From assembly GCF_009914755.1 (NCBI RefSeq), contig NC_060940.1: a DNA stretch of 64,000 nucleotides, one strand, 5' to 3'. The position numbers and the translations under genes were made by a program. Source of the stretch: the human T2T-CHM13v2.0 reference genome, Homo sapiens. Positions 45,984-59,746 of the stretch are shown here, piece by piece; within the stretch, counting starts at the first letter, position 1; each line of letters opens with the position of its first letter. The notes under the pieces are model-generated. The model was not told the DNA's origin. It did not search any database and was given only the letters and a program-made list of their open reading frames with translations.

Positions 45984-48900
45984 CAATTACATTCCATGAC
46001 GATTCCGTTCGAGTCCATTTGATGATTCCATTAGACTCCATTCGACGATGATTCCATTCGATGTTATTCGATGATTCCATTCGATCTCATTCGTTGATGA
46101 TTCCATTCACCTCCATTCGATGTTTCCATTCGAGTTCATTCTATTATTCCATTAGATTCCATTCGATGATGATTCCATTCGATTCCATTTGATGATTGCA
46201 TTCTATTTCATTTGATGATGATTCCATTCGAGTCCACTCGATGATTCCATTCGAGTCCATTTAATGAATCCATTGGTTTCAATTCTATGATGATTACATT
46301 GGATTCCATTCGTTGATGATTTCATTCGGTTCCATTCAATGATGATTCCATTCAATTCCTTTCAATGTTTCCATTCAATTCCATACGATGATGATTCCAT
46401 TTGATTTGATTCGACAGTGAGCCATTCGATTCAATTCCATGATGATTCTATTTGATTCAATTGGTTGACATTTCCATTCGATTCCATTCGATGATGATTC
46501 CCTTTGATTCCATTCAAAGATGATTCCATTCTAGCCCATTCAATCATTCCATTCGATTCTATTCAATGATGATTCCATTCATGTCGATTTGGTGATTCCA
46601 TTTGACTTCATTTGATGATGATTCCTTTCAAGTTCATTAGATGATTCCATTCGATTCCATTTGATGATGATCCCATTCGAGTCCATTCAGTGATTCCATT
46701 CGTTTCCATTCCATGATGATTCCATTCCATTCCATTCAATGATTCCATTCGATTCTGTTTGATGATGATTTCATTCGAGTCCATTTGATGATTCCATTTG
46801 ATTCCATTCGTTGATGATTCCATTCGAGTCCATTCGATGATTCTATTCGAATCCACTTGATGATTTCTTTTGATTATAGTTGGTGATGATTCCTTTGGAG
46901 TCCATTCAATGATTCCATTCGATTCCAATCGATGGTGATTCCATTAGAGTCCATTTAATGATTCCATTTGATTCCAGTCTCTGATGATTACATTCGAGTC
47001 CATACGATGATTCCACTCAATTCCATATGATGATGATTCCATTCGATTCCATTCGATGATTCCATTCTATTCTATTCAATGGTGATTCCATTCGAGTACA
47101 TTAGATGATTCCATTCGATTCCATTCAATGATGATTCTATTTGTGTCCCTTAGATGATTCCACATGATTCCATTAGATGATGATACTATTTGAGCCCATC
47201 CAATGATTCCCTTCGATTCCATTCGATGAGGATTCCATTCGATTCAATTCATTGGTGGTTCTATTCAATTCAATTCTTTGATTCCATTGCTTTCCATTCG
47301 ACAATGATTCCATTCGATTTCTTTTGATGATTCCACTCGATTCCACTTGACATTGATTCCATTCGATTCCATTCAATGATTCCATTTGATTCCAGTGGAT
47401 GATGATTGCCATCGATTCCATTCGATCACTCCATTCTATTCCATTTGATGATGATTACATTCGATTCCATTTGATGATTCCATCTGATTCTATTCGAGGA
47501 TTCCATTTGATTCCATTCGCTGATGATTCCATTCGAGTCCATTCGATGATTTCATTCGAGTCCATCCAATGATTCCATTCGAGTCCATTTGATGATTCCA
47601 TTTGATTCCATTTGATTATGATTCTACTAGAGTCCATTCAATGACTCCATTCGAGTCCATTCAACAATTCCATCCGAGTCCATTCGATGATTCCATTCGA
47701 TTCCATTTGATGATTCCATTCGAGTCCATTTGGTGATTCCACTGGATTTCTTTTGATAATGATACCATTCAATTACATTTGATGATGATCCCATTCAATT
47801 TCATTTGATGATGATTCCATTAGAGTCCATTCGATGATTTCATTCGAGTCCCTTCATTGATTCCATCCGATTTCATTGGATGATGACTCCATTCGAGTCC
47901 ATTCGATGATTCCACTCGATTCCATTAGATGATTCCATTGGAGTCCATTTGATTGTTCCATTCGATTCCATTCGATTCCTTTCGAAGATTATTCCATTTG
48001 AGTCCATTCGATGATGATTCCATTCCATTCCATTCGATGATTCCGTTTGATTCCATTCGATGCTTCCCTTCGATTCCTTTCTTTGATGATTCCATTCCAT
48101 TCCATTCAATGATTCCATTCGAATCTATTCCATGATGATTCCTTTCGATTCCATTCGCTGATGTTTCCGTTCAATTCCATTCGATGATGATTCCATACGA
48201 TTCCATTCATTGAGGATTCCATTTCATTCCATTCAATGATGATTCCATTCTATTCCATTCAATGATTGCATTCAATTCCATTCAATGATCATCCCCTTAG
48301 AGTAAACTGAACGATTCCATTCAATACCATTCGATGATGATTCCTTTTGAGTCCATTCAATGATTTCGTTCAAGTCCATTTGATGATTCCTTTCAATTCC
48401 ATTCTATGATGATTCCATTCCAGTCCATTCGATGATTCCATTCGATTACATTCGTCGATTCCATTATATTCCATTCAACGATGATTCCATTCGAGTCCAT
48501 TCCATGATTCCATTAGAGTACATTTAATGATTGCTTTGTTTTCAATTCGAAGATGATTACATTGGATTCCATTCTATGATACCATTCGATTCCATTCAAT
48601 GATGATTCCACTCAAATCCATTGGATGATTCCATTCGCGTCCATTCGGTGATTTCATTAGATTCCATTCGAGGATGATTCCATTCGATTCCATTCGATGA
48701 TTCCATTCAATTCCATTCGATGATGATTCCACTCGAGTCCATATGATCATTCCATTTGATTTCATTCGATGATGATTCCATTCGATTCCATTCGATGATT
48801 CCATTCTATTCCATTCGATGATGATTCCATTCGAGTCCATTCGATGATTCCATTCGAGTCCATTTAATGATTCCATTGTGTTCAATTCAATGACGATTAC

Positions 48901-50433
48901 ATTGGATTCCGTTCTATGATTCCATTCAATTCCGTTCATTGACAATTTGATTCCATTCGATGATGATTCCATTTGAGTTCATTCGATGATTCTATTCGAT
49001 TCTCTTCGATGGTGATTCAATTCTATTATATTGGATGAATCCATTCGATTCCATTTGATGTTGATTCAATTCGATTCTATTCGATGATGATTCCATTGGA
49101 TTTCACTTGATGATTCTATTCGATTCCATTCAATGATGATTCACTTCTCGTCCATTGGATGATTCCATTTCATTCCATTCGATGATGATTCCATTCGATT
49201 CCATTCGATGATTCCATTTGATTCCATGCGACGGTGAGCAATTCGATTCAATTCCATGATGATTCTATTTGATTCAATTAGATGATGTTTCCATTCGAAT
49301 TCGTTCCATGATTATTCCATTGGAATCCATTCGGCGATGATTCCATATGAGTCAATTCAATGATGATTCCATATGGGTCCGTTCGATGATAATTCCATTT
49401 GATTTCATTCGATGCTTCTATTGTATTCCAGTCGATGATGATTCCGTTGGAGTCCATACGATGATTCCATTTGATTTCATTTGATGATGATTCCATTCGA
49501 TGATGATTACATTGGATTCCATTCTATGATTCCATTCAATTCCATTCGTTGATTCGATTCCATTCAATGATGATTCCATTTGAGTTCATTCGATGATTCC
49601 ATTCGATTCCATTCGATGATGATTGGATTCGATTCCATTTGATTATTTCATTTCATTCCATTCGTTAATGATTTCGATCAATTCCATTCAATGATTCCAT
49701 TCGATTCCATTCGATAATGATTACATCCGAGTCCATTCGATGATTCCATTTGAGCCTGTTCGATAATTCCATTTGAGTCCAACCAATGATTCCATTCATT
49801 TCCATTCAATGATTCCATTCGAGTCCATTTGATCATTCCGGTAGGGTCCATTCGATGTTGATTCCATTGGAGTGCATTAGATGATTCCATTCGAGTCCAT
49901 TCGATGATTCCATTCGATTCCATTCGATGTTGATTCTGTTCAAATCCATTCGATGATTCCACTCGATTCCATTCGATGACTCCATTTGATCCCATTCGAT
50001 GATTTCCTTTGATTCCCTTTGATGATCATTCCATTTGATTCAATTCGGTGATTTCATTTGATTCCATTCAGTGATGTTTCCATTCGACTCCATTCGATGA
50101 TGATTCCATTCGACTCCATTCGATTATGATTTCATTCAATTCCATTCGATAATGATTCCTTTCGAGTCCATTCGATGATTCCATTCGATTCCATTCAACG
50201 ATGATTTGATTCGTGTCCATTCGATGATTCCATTTGATTCCACTTGATGATGATTCCATTCGAGTCCATTTGATGATTCCATTCAATTCCATTCTCCGAT
50301 GATTTCTTTTGAGCCCACTCAATGCTTCCACTCGATTCCATATGATGATGACTCCATTCGATGAAATTCGATGATGATTCCATTCGCTTGCTTTCGATGA
50401 TGATTCCACTTGAGTCCGTTAGAAGATTCTATT
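45984..50433 (+). repeat. Unit 9: deleted variant type A, 4450 bp (6112 -23 -3 -478 -1158)
   Basis: Junctions near 47730, 49550, 49595 and 49870-49878; the lengths sum exactly. Confidence 0.9.
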
Positions 50434-53400
50434 CAATTACATTCCATGACGATTCCGTTCGAGTCCATTTGATGATTCCATTAGACTCCATTCGACGATG
50501 ATTCCATTCGATGTTATTCGATGATTCCATTCGATCTCATTCGTTGATGATTCCATTCAACTCCATTCGATGTTTCCATTCGAGTTCATTCTATTATTCC
50601 ATTAGATTCCATTCGATGATGATTCCATTCGATTCCATTTGATGATTGCATTCTATTTCATTTGATGATGATTCCATTCGAGTCCACTCGATGATTCCAT
50701 TCGAGTCCATTTAATGAATCCATTGGTTTCAATTCTATGATGATTACATTGGATTCCATTCGTTGATGATTTCATTCGGTTCCATTCAATGATGATTCCA
50801 TTCAATTCCTTTCAATGTTTCCATTCAATTCCATACGATGATGATTCCATTTGATTTGATTCGACAGTGAGCCATTCGATTCAATTCCATGATGATTCTA
50901 TTTGATTCAATTGGTTGACATTTCCATTCGATTCCATTCGATGATGATTCCCTTTGATTCCATTCAAAGATGATTCCATTCTAGCCCATTCAATCATTCC
51001 ATTCGATTCTATTCAATGATGATTCCATTCATGTCGATTTGGTGATTCCATTTGACTTCATTTGATGATGATTCCTTTCAAGTTCATTAGATGATTCCAT
51101 TCGATTCCATTTGATGATGATCCCATTCGAGTCCATTCAGTGATTCCATTCGTTTCCATTCCATGATGATTCCATTCCATTCCATGCAATGATTCCATTC
51201 GATTCCGTTTGATGATGATTTCATTCGAGTCCATTTGATGATTCCATTTGATTCCATTCGATGATGATTCCATTCGAGTCCATTCGATGATTCTATTCGA
51301 ATCCATTTGATGATTTCTTTTGATTATAGTTGGTGATGATTCCATTGGAGTCCATTCAATGATTCCATTCGATTCCAATCGATGGTGATTCCATTAGAGT
51401 CCATTTAATGATTCCATTTGATTCCAGTCTCTGATGATTATATTCGAGTCCATACGATGATTCCACTCAATTCCATATGATGATGATTCCATTCGATTCC
51501 ATTCGATGATTCCATTCTATTCTATTCAATGGTGATTCCATTCGAGTACATTAGATGATTCCATTCGATTCCATTCAATGATGATTCTATTTGTGTCCCT
51601 TAGATGATTCCACATGATTCCATTAGATGATGATACTATTTGAGCCCATCCAATGATTCCCTTCGATTCCATTCGATGAGGATTCCATTCGATTCAATTC
51701 ATTGGTGATTCTATTCAATTCAATTCTTTGATTCCATTGCATTCCATTCGACAATGATTCCATTCGATTTCTTTCGATGATTCCACTCGATTCCACTTGA
51801 CATTGATTCCATTCGATTCCATTCAATGATTCCATTTGATTCCAGTGGATGATGATTGCCATCGATTCCATTCGATCACTCCATTCTATTCCATTTGATG
51901 ATGATTACATTCGATTCCATTTGATGATTCCATCTGATTCTATTCGAGGATTCCATTTGATTCCATTCGATGATGATTCCATTGGAGTCCATTCGATGAT
52001 TTCATTCGAGTACATCCAATGATTCCATTCGAGTCCATTTGATGATTCCATTTGATTCCATTTGATTATGATTCTACTAGAGTCCATTCAATGACTCCAT
52101 TCGAGTCCATTCAACAATTCCATTCGACTCCATTCGATGATTCCATTGGATTCCATTTGATGATTCCTTTCGAGTCCATTTAATCATTACAGTCGAGTCC
52201 ATTTGGTGATTCCGCTGGATTTCCTTTGATAATGATACCATTCAATTTCATTTGATGATGATTCCATTAGAGTCCATTCGATGATTTTATTCGAGTCCCT
52301 TCATTGATTCCATCCGATTTCATTGGATGATGACTCCATTCGAGTCCATTCGATGATTCCACTCGATTCCATTAGATGATTCCATTGGAGTCCATTTGAT
52401 TGTTCCATTCGATTCCATTCGATTCCTTTCGAAGATTATTCCATTTGAGTCCATTCGATGATGATTCCATTCCATTCCATTCGATGATTCCGTTTGATTC
52501 CATTCGATGATTCCCTTCGATTCCTTTCTTTGATGATTCCATTCCATTCCATTCAATGATTCCATTCGAATCTATTCCATGATGATTCCTTTCGATTCCA
52601 TTCGCTGATGTTTCCGTTCAATTCCATTCGATGATGATTCCATTCGATTCCATTCATTGAGGATTCCATTTCATTCCATTCAATGATGATTCCATTCTAT
52701 TCCATTCAATGATTGCATTCAATTCCATTCAATGATCATCCCCTTAGAGTAAACTCAACGATTCCATTCAATACCATTCGATGATGATTCCTTTTGAGTC
52801 CATTCAATGATTTCGTTCAAGTCCATTTGATGATTCCTTTCAATTCCATTCTATGATGATTCCATTCGAGTCCATTCGATGATTCCATTCGATTACATTC
52901 GTCGATTCCATTATATTCCATTCAACGATGATTCCATTCGAGTCCATTCGATGATTCCATTAGAGTACATTTAATGATTGCTTTGTTTTCAATTCGAAGA
53001 TGATTACATTGGATTCCATTCTATGATACCATTCGATTCCATTCAATGATGATTCCACTCAAATCCATTGGATGATTCCATTCGTGTCCATTCGGTGATT
53101 TCATTAGATTCCATTCGAGGATGATTCCATTCGATTCCATTCGATGATTCCATTCAATTCCATTCGATGATGATTCCATTCGAGTCCATATGATCATTCC
53201 ATTTGATTTCATTCGATGATGATTCCATTCGATTCCATTCGATGATTCCATTCTATTCCATTCGATGATGATTCCATTCGAGTCCATTCGATGATTCCAT
53301 TCGAGTCCATTTAATGATTCCATTGTGTTCAATTCAATGACGATTACATTGGATTCCGTTCTATGATTCCATTCAATTCCGTTCATTGACAATTTGATTC

Positions 53401-55293
53401 CATTCGATGATGATTCCATTTGAGTTCATTCGATGATTCTATTCGATTCTCTTCGATGGTGATTCAATTCTATTATATTGGATGAATCCATTCGATTCCA
53501 TTTGATGTTGATTCAATTCGATTCTATTCGATGATGATTCCATTGGATTTCACTTGATGATTCTATTCGATTCCATTCAATGATGATTCACTTCTCGTCC
53601 ATTGGATGATTCCATTTCATTCCATTCGATGATGATTCCATTCGATTCCATTCGATGATTCCATTCTATTCCATTCGATGATGATTCCATTCGAGTCCAT
53701 TCGATGATTCCATTCGAGTCCATTTAATGATTCCATTGTGTTCAATTCAATGACGATTACATTGGATTCCGTTCTATGATTCCATTCAATTCCGTTCATT
53801 GACAATTTGATTCCATTCGATGATGATTCCATTTGAGTTCATTCGATGATTCTATTCGATTCTCTTCGATGGTGATTCAATTCTATTATATTGGATGAAT
53901 CCATTCGATTCCATTTGATGTTGATTCAATTCGATTCTATTCGATGATGATTCCATTGGATTTCACTTGATGATTCTATTCGATTCCATTCAATGATGAT
54001 TCACTTCTCGTCCATTGGATGATTCCATTTCATTCCATTCGATGATGATTCCATTCGATTCCATTCGATGATTCCATTTGATTCCATGCGACGGTGAGCA
54101 ATTCGATTCAATTCCATGATGATTCTATTTGATTCAATTAGATGATGTTTCCATTCGAATTCGTTCCATGAATATTCCATTGGAATCCATTCGGCGATGA
54201 TTCCATATGAGTCAATTCAATGATGATTCCATATGGGTCCGTTCGATGATAATTCCATTTGATTTCATTCGATGCTTCTATTGTATTCCAGTCGATGATG
54301 ATTCCGTTGGAGTCCATACGATGATTCCATTTGATTTCATTTGATGATGATTCCATTCGATGATGATTACATTGGATTCCATTCTATGATTCCATTCAAT
54401 TCCATTCGTTGATTCGATTCCATTCAATGATGATTCCATTTGAGTTCATTCGATGATTCCATTCGATTCCATTCGATGATGATTGGATTCGATTCCATTT
54501 GATTATTTCATTTCATTCCATTCGTTAATGATTTCGATCAATTCCATTCAATGATTCCATTCGATTCCATTCGATAATGATTACATCCGAGTCCATTCGA
54601 TGATTCCATTTGAGCCTGTTCGATAATTCCATTTGAGTCCAACCAATGATTCCATTCATTTCCATTCAATGATTCCATTCGAGTCCATTTGATCATTCCG
54701 GTAGGGTCCATTCGATGTTGATTCCATTGGAGTGCATTAGATGATTCCATTCGAGTCCATTCGATGATTCCATTCGATTCCATTCGATGTTGATTCTGTT
54801 CAAATCCATTCGATGATTCCACTCGATTCCATTCGATGACTCCATTTGATCCCATTCGATGATTTCCTTTGATTCCCTTTGATGATCATTCCATTTGATT
54901 CAATTCGGTGATTTCATTTGATTCCATTCAGTGATGTTTCCATTCGACTCCATTCGATGATGATTCCATTCGACTCCATTCGATTATGATTTCATTCAAT
55001 TCCATTCGATAATGATTCCCTTCGAGTCCATTCGATGATTCCATTCGATTCCATTCAACGATGATTTGATTCGTGTCCATTCGATGATTCCATTTGATTC
55101 CACTTGATGATGATTCCATTCGAGTCCATTTGATGATTCCATTCAATTCCATTCTCCGATGATTTCTTTTGAGCCCACTCAATGCTTCCACTCGATTCCA
55201 TATGATGATGACTCCATTCGATGAAATTCGATGATGATTCCATTCGCTTGCTTTCGATGATGATTCCACTTGAGTCCGTTAGAAGATTCTATT
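50434..55293 (+). repeat. Unit 10: deleted variant type B, 4860 bp (6112 -26 +413 -3 -478 -1158)
   Basis: 26-bp loss near 52245, 413-bp duplication at 53248-54073, and the same two large junctions as unit 9. Confidence 0.9.
53248..54073 (+). repeat. 413-bp tandem duplication in type B unit
   Basis: Markers CATTGTGTTC, GACAATTTG and CTTCTCGTCC each occur twice, 413 bp apart; ORF-track ends 53419 and 53832 agree. Confidence 0.92.
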
Positions 55294-58200
55294 CAATTAC
55301 ATTCCATGACGATTCCGTTCGAGTCCATTTGATGATTCCATTAGACTCCATTCGACGATGATTCCATTCGATGTTATTCGATGATTCCATTCGATCTCAT
55401 TCGTTGATGATTCCATTCACCTCCATTCGATGTTTCCATTCGAGTTCATTCTATTATTCCATTAGATTCCATTCGATGATGATTCCATTCGATTCCATTT
55501 GATGACTGCATTCTATTTCATTTGATGATGATTCCATTCGAGTCCACTCGATGATTCCATTCGAGTCCATTTAATGAATCCATTGGTTTCAATTCTATGA
55601 TGATTACATTGGATTCCATTCGTTGATGATTTCATTCGGTTCCATTCAATGATGATTCCATTCAATTCCTTTCAATGTTTCCATTCAATTCCATACGATG
55701 ATGATTCCATTTGATTTGATTCGACAGTGAGCCATTCGATTCAATTCCATGATGATTCTATTTGATTCAATTGGTTGACATTTCCATTCGATTCCATTCG
55801 ATGATGATTCCCTTTGATTCCATTCAAAGATGATTCCATTCTAGCCCATTCAATCATTCCATTCGATTCTATTCAATGATGATTCCATTCATGTCGATTT
55901 GGTGATTCCATTTGACTTCATTTGATGATGATTCCTTTCAAGTTCATTAGATGATTCCATTCGATTCCATTTGATGATGATCCCATTCGAGTCCATTCAG
56001 TGATTCCATTCGTTTCCATTCCATGATGATTCCATTCCATTCCATTCAATGATTCCATTCGATTCTGTTTGATGATGATTTCATTCGAGTCCATTTGATG
56101 ATTCCATTTGATTCCATTCGATGATGATTCCTTTCGAGTCCATTCGATGATTCTATTCGAATCCACTTGATGATTTCTTTTGATTATAGTTGGTGATGAT
56201 TCCTTTGGAGTCCATTCAATGATTCCATTCGATTCCAATCGATGGTGATTCCATTAGAGTCCATTTAATGATTCCATTTGATTCCAGTCTCTGATGATTA
56301 CATTCGAGTCCATACGATGATTCCACTCAATTCCATATGATGATGATTCCATTCGATTCCATTCGATGATTCCATTCTATTCTATTCAATGGTGATTCCA
56401 TTCGAGTACATTAGATGATTCCATTCGATTCCATTCAATGATGATTCTATTTGTGTCCCTTAGATGATTCCACATGATTCCATTAGATGATGATACTATT
56501 TGAGCCCATCCAATGATTCCCTTCGATTCCATTCGATGAGGATTCCATTCGATTCAATTCATTGGTGATTCTATTCAATTCAATTCTTTGATTCCATTGC
56601 ATTCCATTCGACAATGATTCCATTCGATTTCTTTTGATGATTCCACTCGATTCCACTTGACATTGATTCCATTCGATTCCATTCAATAATTCCATTTGAT
56701 TCCAGTGGATGATGATTGCCATCGATTCCATTCGATCACTCCATTCTATTCCATTTGATGATGATTACATTCGATTCCATTTGATGATTCCATCTGATTC
56801 TATTCGAGGATTCCATTTGATTCCATTCGCTGATGATTCCATTCGAGTCCATTCGATGATTTCATTCGAGTCCATCCAATGATTCCATTCGAGTCCATTT
56901 GATGATTCCATTTGATTCCATTTGATTATGATTCTACTAGAGTCCATTCAATGACTCCATTCGAGTCCATTCAACAATTCCATCCGAGTCCATTCCATGA
57001 TTCCATTCGATTCCATTTGATGATTCCATTCGAGTCCATTTGGTGATTCCACTGGATTTCTTTTGATAATGATACCATTCAATTACATTTGATGATGATC
57101 CCATTCAATTTCATTTGATGATGATTCCATTAGAGTCCATTCGATGATTTCATTCGAGTCCCTTCATTGATTCCATCCGATTTCATTGGATGATGACTCC
57201 ATTCGAGTCCATTCGATGATTCCACTCGATTCCATTAGATGATTCCATTGGAGTCCATTTGATTGTTCCATTCGATTCCATTCGATTCCTTTCGAAGATT
57301 ATTCCATTTGAGTCCATTCGATGATGATTCCATTCCATTCCATTCGATGATTCCGTTTGATTCCATTCGATGCTTCCCTTCGATTCCTTTCTTTGATGAT
57401 TCCATTCCATTCCATTCAATGATTCCATTCGAATCTATTCCATGATGATTCCTTTCGATTCCATTCGCTGATGTTTCCGTTCAATTCCATTCGATGATGA
57501 TTCCATTCGATTCCATTCATTGAGGATTCCATTTCATTCCATTCAATGATGATTCCATTCTATTCCATTCAATGATTGCATTCAATTCCATTCAATGATC
57601 ATCCCCTTAGAGTAAACTCAACGATTCCATTCAATACCATTCGATGATGATTCCTTTTGAGTCCATTCAATGATTTCGTTCAAGTCCATTTGATGATTCC
57701 TTTCAATTCCATTCTATGATGATTCCATTCGAGTCCATTCGATGATTCCATTCGATTACATTCGTCGATTCCATTATATTCCATTCAACGATGATTCCAT
57801 TCGAGTCCATTCGATGATTCCATTAGAGTACATTTAATGATTGCTTTGTTTTCAATTCGAAGATGATTACATTGGATTCCATTCTATGATACCATTCGAT
57901 TCCATTCAATGATGATTCCACTCAAATCCATTGGATGATTCCATTCGTGTCCATTCGGTGATTTCATTAGATTCCATTCGAGGATGATTCCATTCGATTC
58001 CATTCGATGATTCCATTCAATTCCATTCGATGATGATTCCACTCGAGTCCATATGATCATTCCATTTGATTTCATTCGATGATGATTCCATTCGATTCCA
58101 TTCGATGATTCCATTCTATTCCATTCGATGATGATTCCATTCGAGTCCATTCGATGATTCCATTCGAGTCCATTTAATGATTCCATTGTGTTCAATTCAA

Positions 58201-59746
58201 TGACGATTACATTGGATTCCGTTCTATGATTCCATTCAATTCCGTTCATTGACAATTTGATTCCATTCGATGATGATTCCATTTGAGTTCATTCGATGAT
58301 TCTATTCGATTCTCTTCGATGGTGATTCAATTCTATTATATTGGATGAATCCATTCGATTCCATTTGATGTTGATTCAATTCGATTCTATTCGATGATGA
58401 TTCCATTGGATTTCACTTGATGATTCTATTCGATTCCATTCAATGATGATTCACTTCTCGTCCATTGGATGATTCCATTTCATTCCATTCGATGATGATT
58501 CCATTCGATTCCATTCGATGATTCCATTTGATTCCATGCGACGGTGAGCAATTCGATTCAATTCCATGATGATTCTATTTGATTCAATTAGATGATGTTT
58601 CCATTCGAATTCGTTCCATGATTATTCCATTGGAATCCATTCGGCGATGATTCCATATGAGTCAATTCAATGATGATTCCATATGGGTCCGTTCGATGAT
58701 AATTCCATTTGATTTCATTCGATGCTTCTATTGTATTCCAGTCGATGATGATTCCGTTGGAGTCCATACGATGATTCCATTTGATTTCATTTGATGATGA
58801 TTCCATTCGATGATGATTACATTGGATTCCATTCTATGATTCCATTCAATTCCATTCGTTGATGATTCGATTCCATTCAATGATGATTCCATTTGAGTTC
58901 ATTCGATGATTCCATTCGATTCCATTCGATGATGATTGGATTCGATTCCATTTGATTATTTCATTTCATTCCATTCGTTAATGATTTCGATCAATTCCAT
59001 TCAATGATTCCATTCGATTCCATTCGATAATGATTACATCCGAGTCCATTCGATGATTCCATTTGAGCCTGTTCGATAATTCCATTTGAGTCCAACCAAT
59101 GATTCCATTCATTTCCATTCAATGATTCCATTCGAGTCCATTTGATCATTCCGGTAGGGTCCATTCGATGTTGATTCCATTGGAGTGCATTAGATGATTC
59201 CATTCGAGTCCATTCGATGATTCCATTCGATTCCATTCGATGTTGATTCTGTTCAAATCCATTCGATGCTTCCACTCGATTCCATTCGATGACTCCATTT
59301 GATCCCATTCGATGATTTCCTTTGATTCCCTTTGATGATCATTCCATTTGATTCAATTCGGTGATTTCATTTGATTCCATTCAGTGATGTTTCCATTCGA
59401 CTCCATTCGATGATGATTCCATTCGACTCCATTCGATTATGATTTCATTCAATTCCATTCGATAATGATTCCCTTCGAGTCCATTCGATGATTCCATTCG
59501 ATTCCATTCAACGATGATTTGATTCGTGTCCATTCGATGATTCCATTTGATTCCACTTGATGATGATTCCATTCGAGTCCATTTGATGATTCCATTCAAT
59601 TCCATTCTCCGATGATTTCTTTTGAGCCCACTCAATGCTTCCACTCGATTCCATATGATGATGACTCCATTCGATGAAATTCGATGATGATTCCATTCGC
59701 TTGCTTTCGATGATGATTCCACTTGAGTCCGTTAGAAGATTCTATT
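55294..59746 (+). repeat. Unit 11: deleted variant type A, 4453 bp
   Basis: Shares the 23-bp loss and diagnostic SNVs with unit 9 but retains the GAT at about 58861. Confidence 0.9.

Noticed and set aside
47953-48135. Rare plus-strand ORFs (also 1476-1673 and 57263-57445)
   Set aside because: They appear where point changes remove a TGA in the satellite; useful only as markers of unit type.
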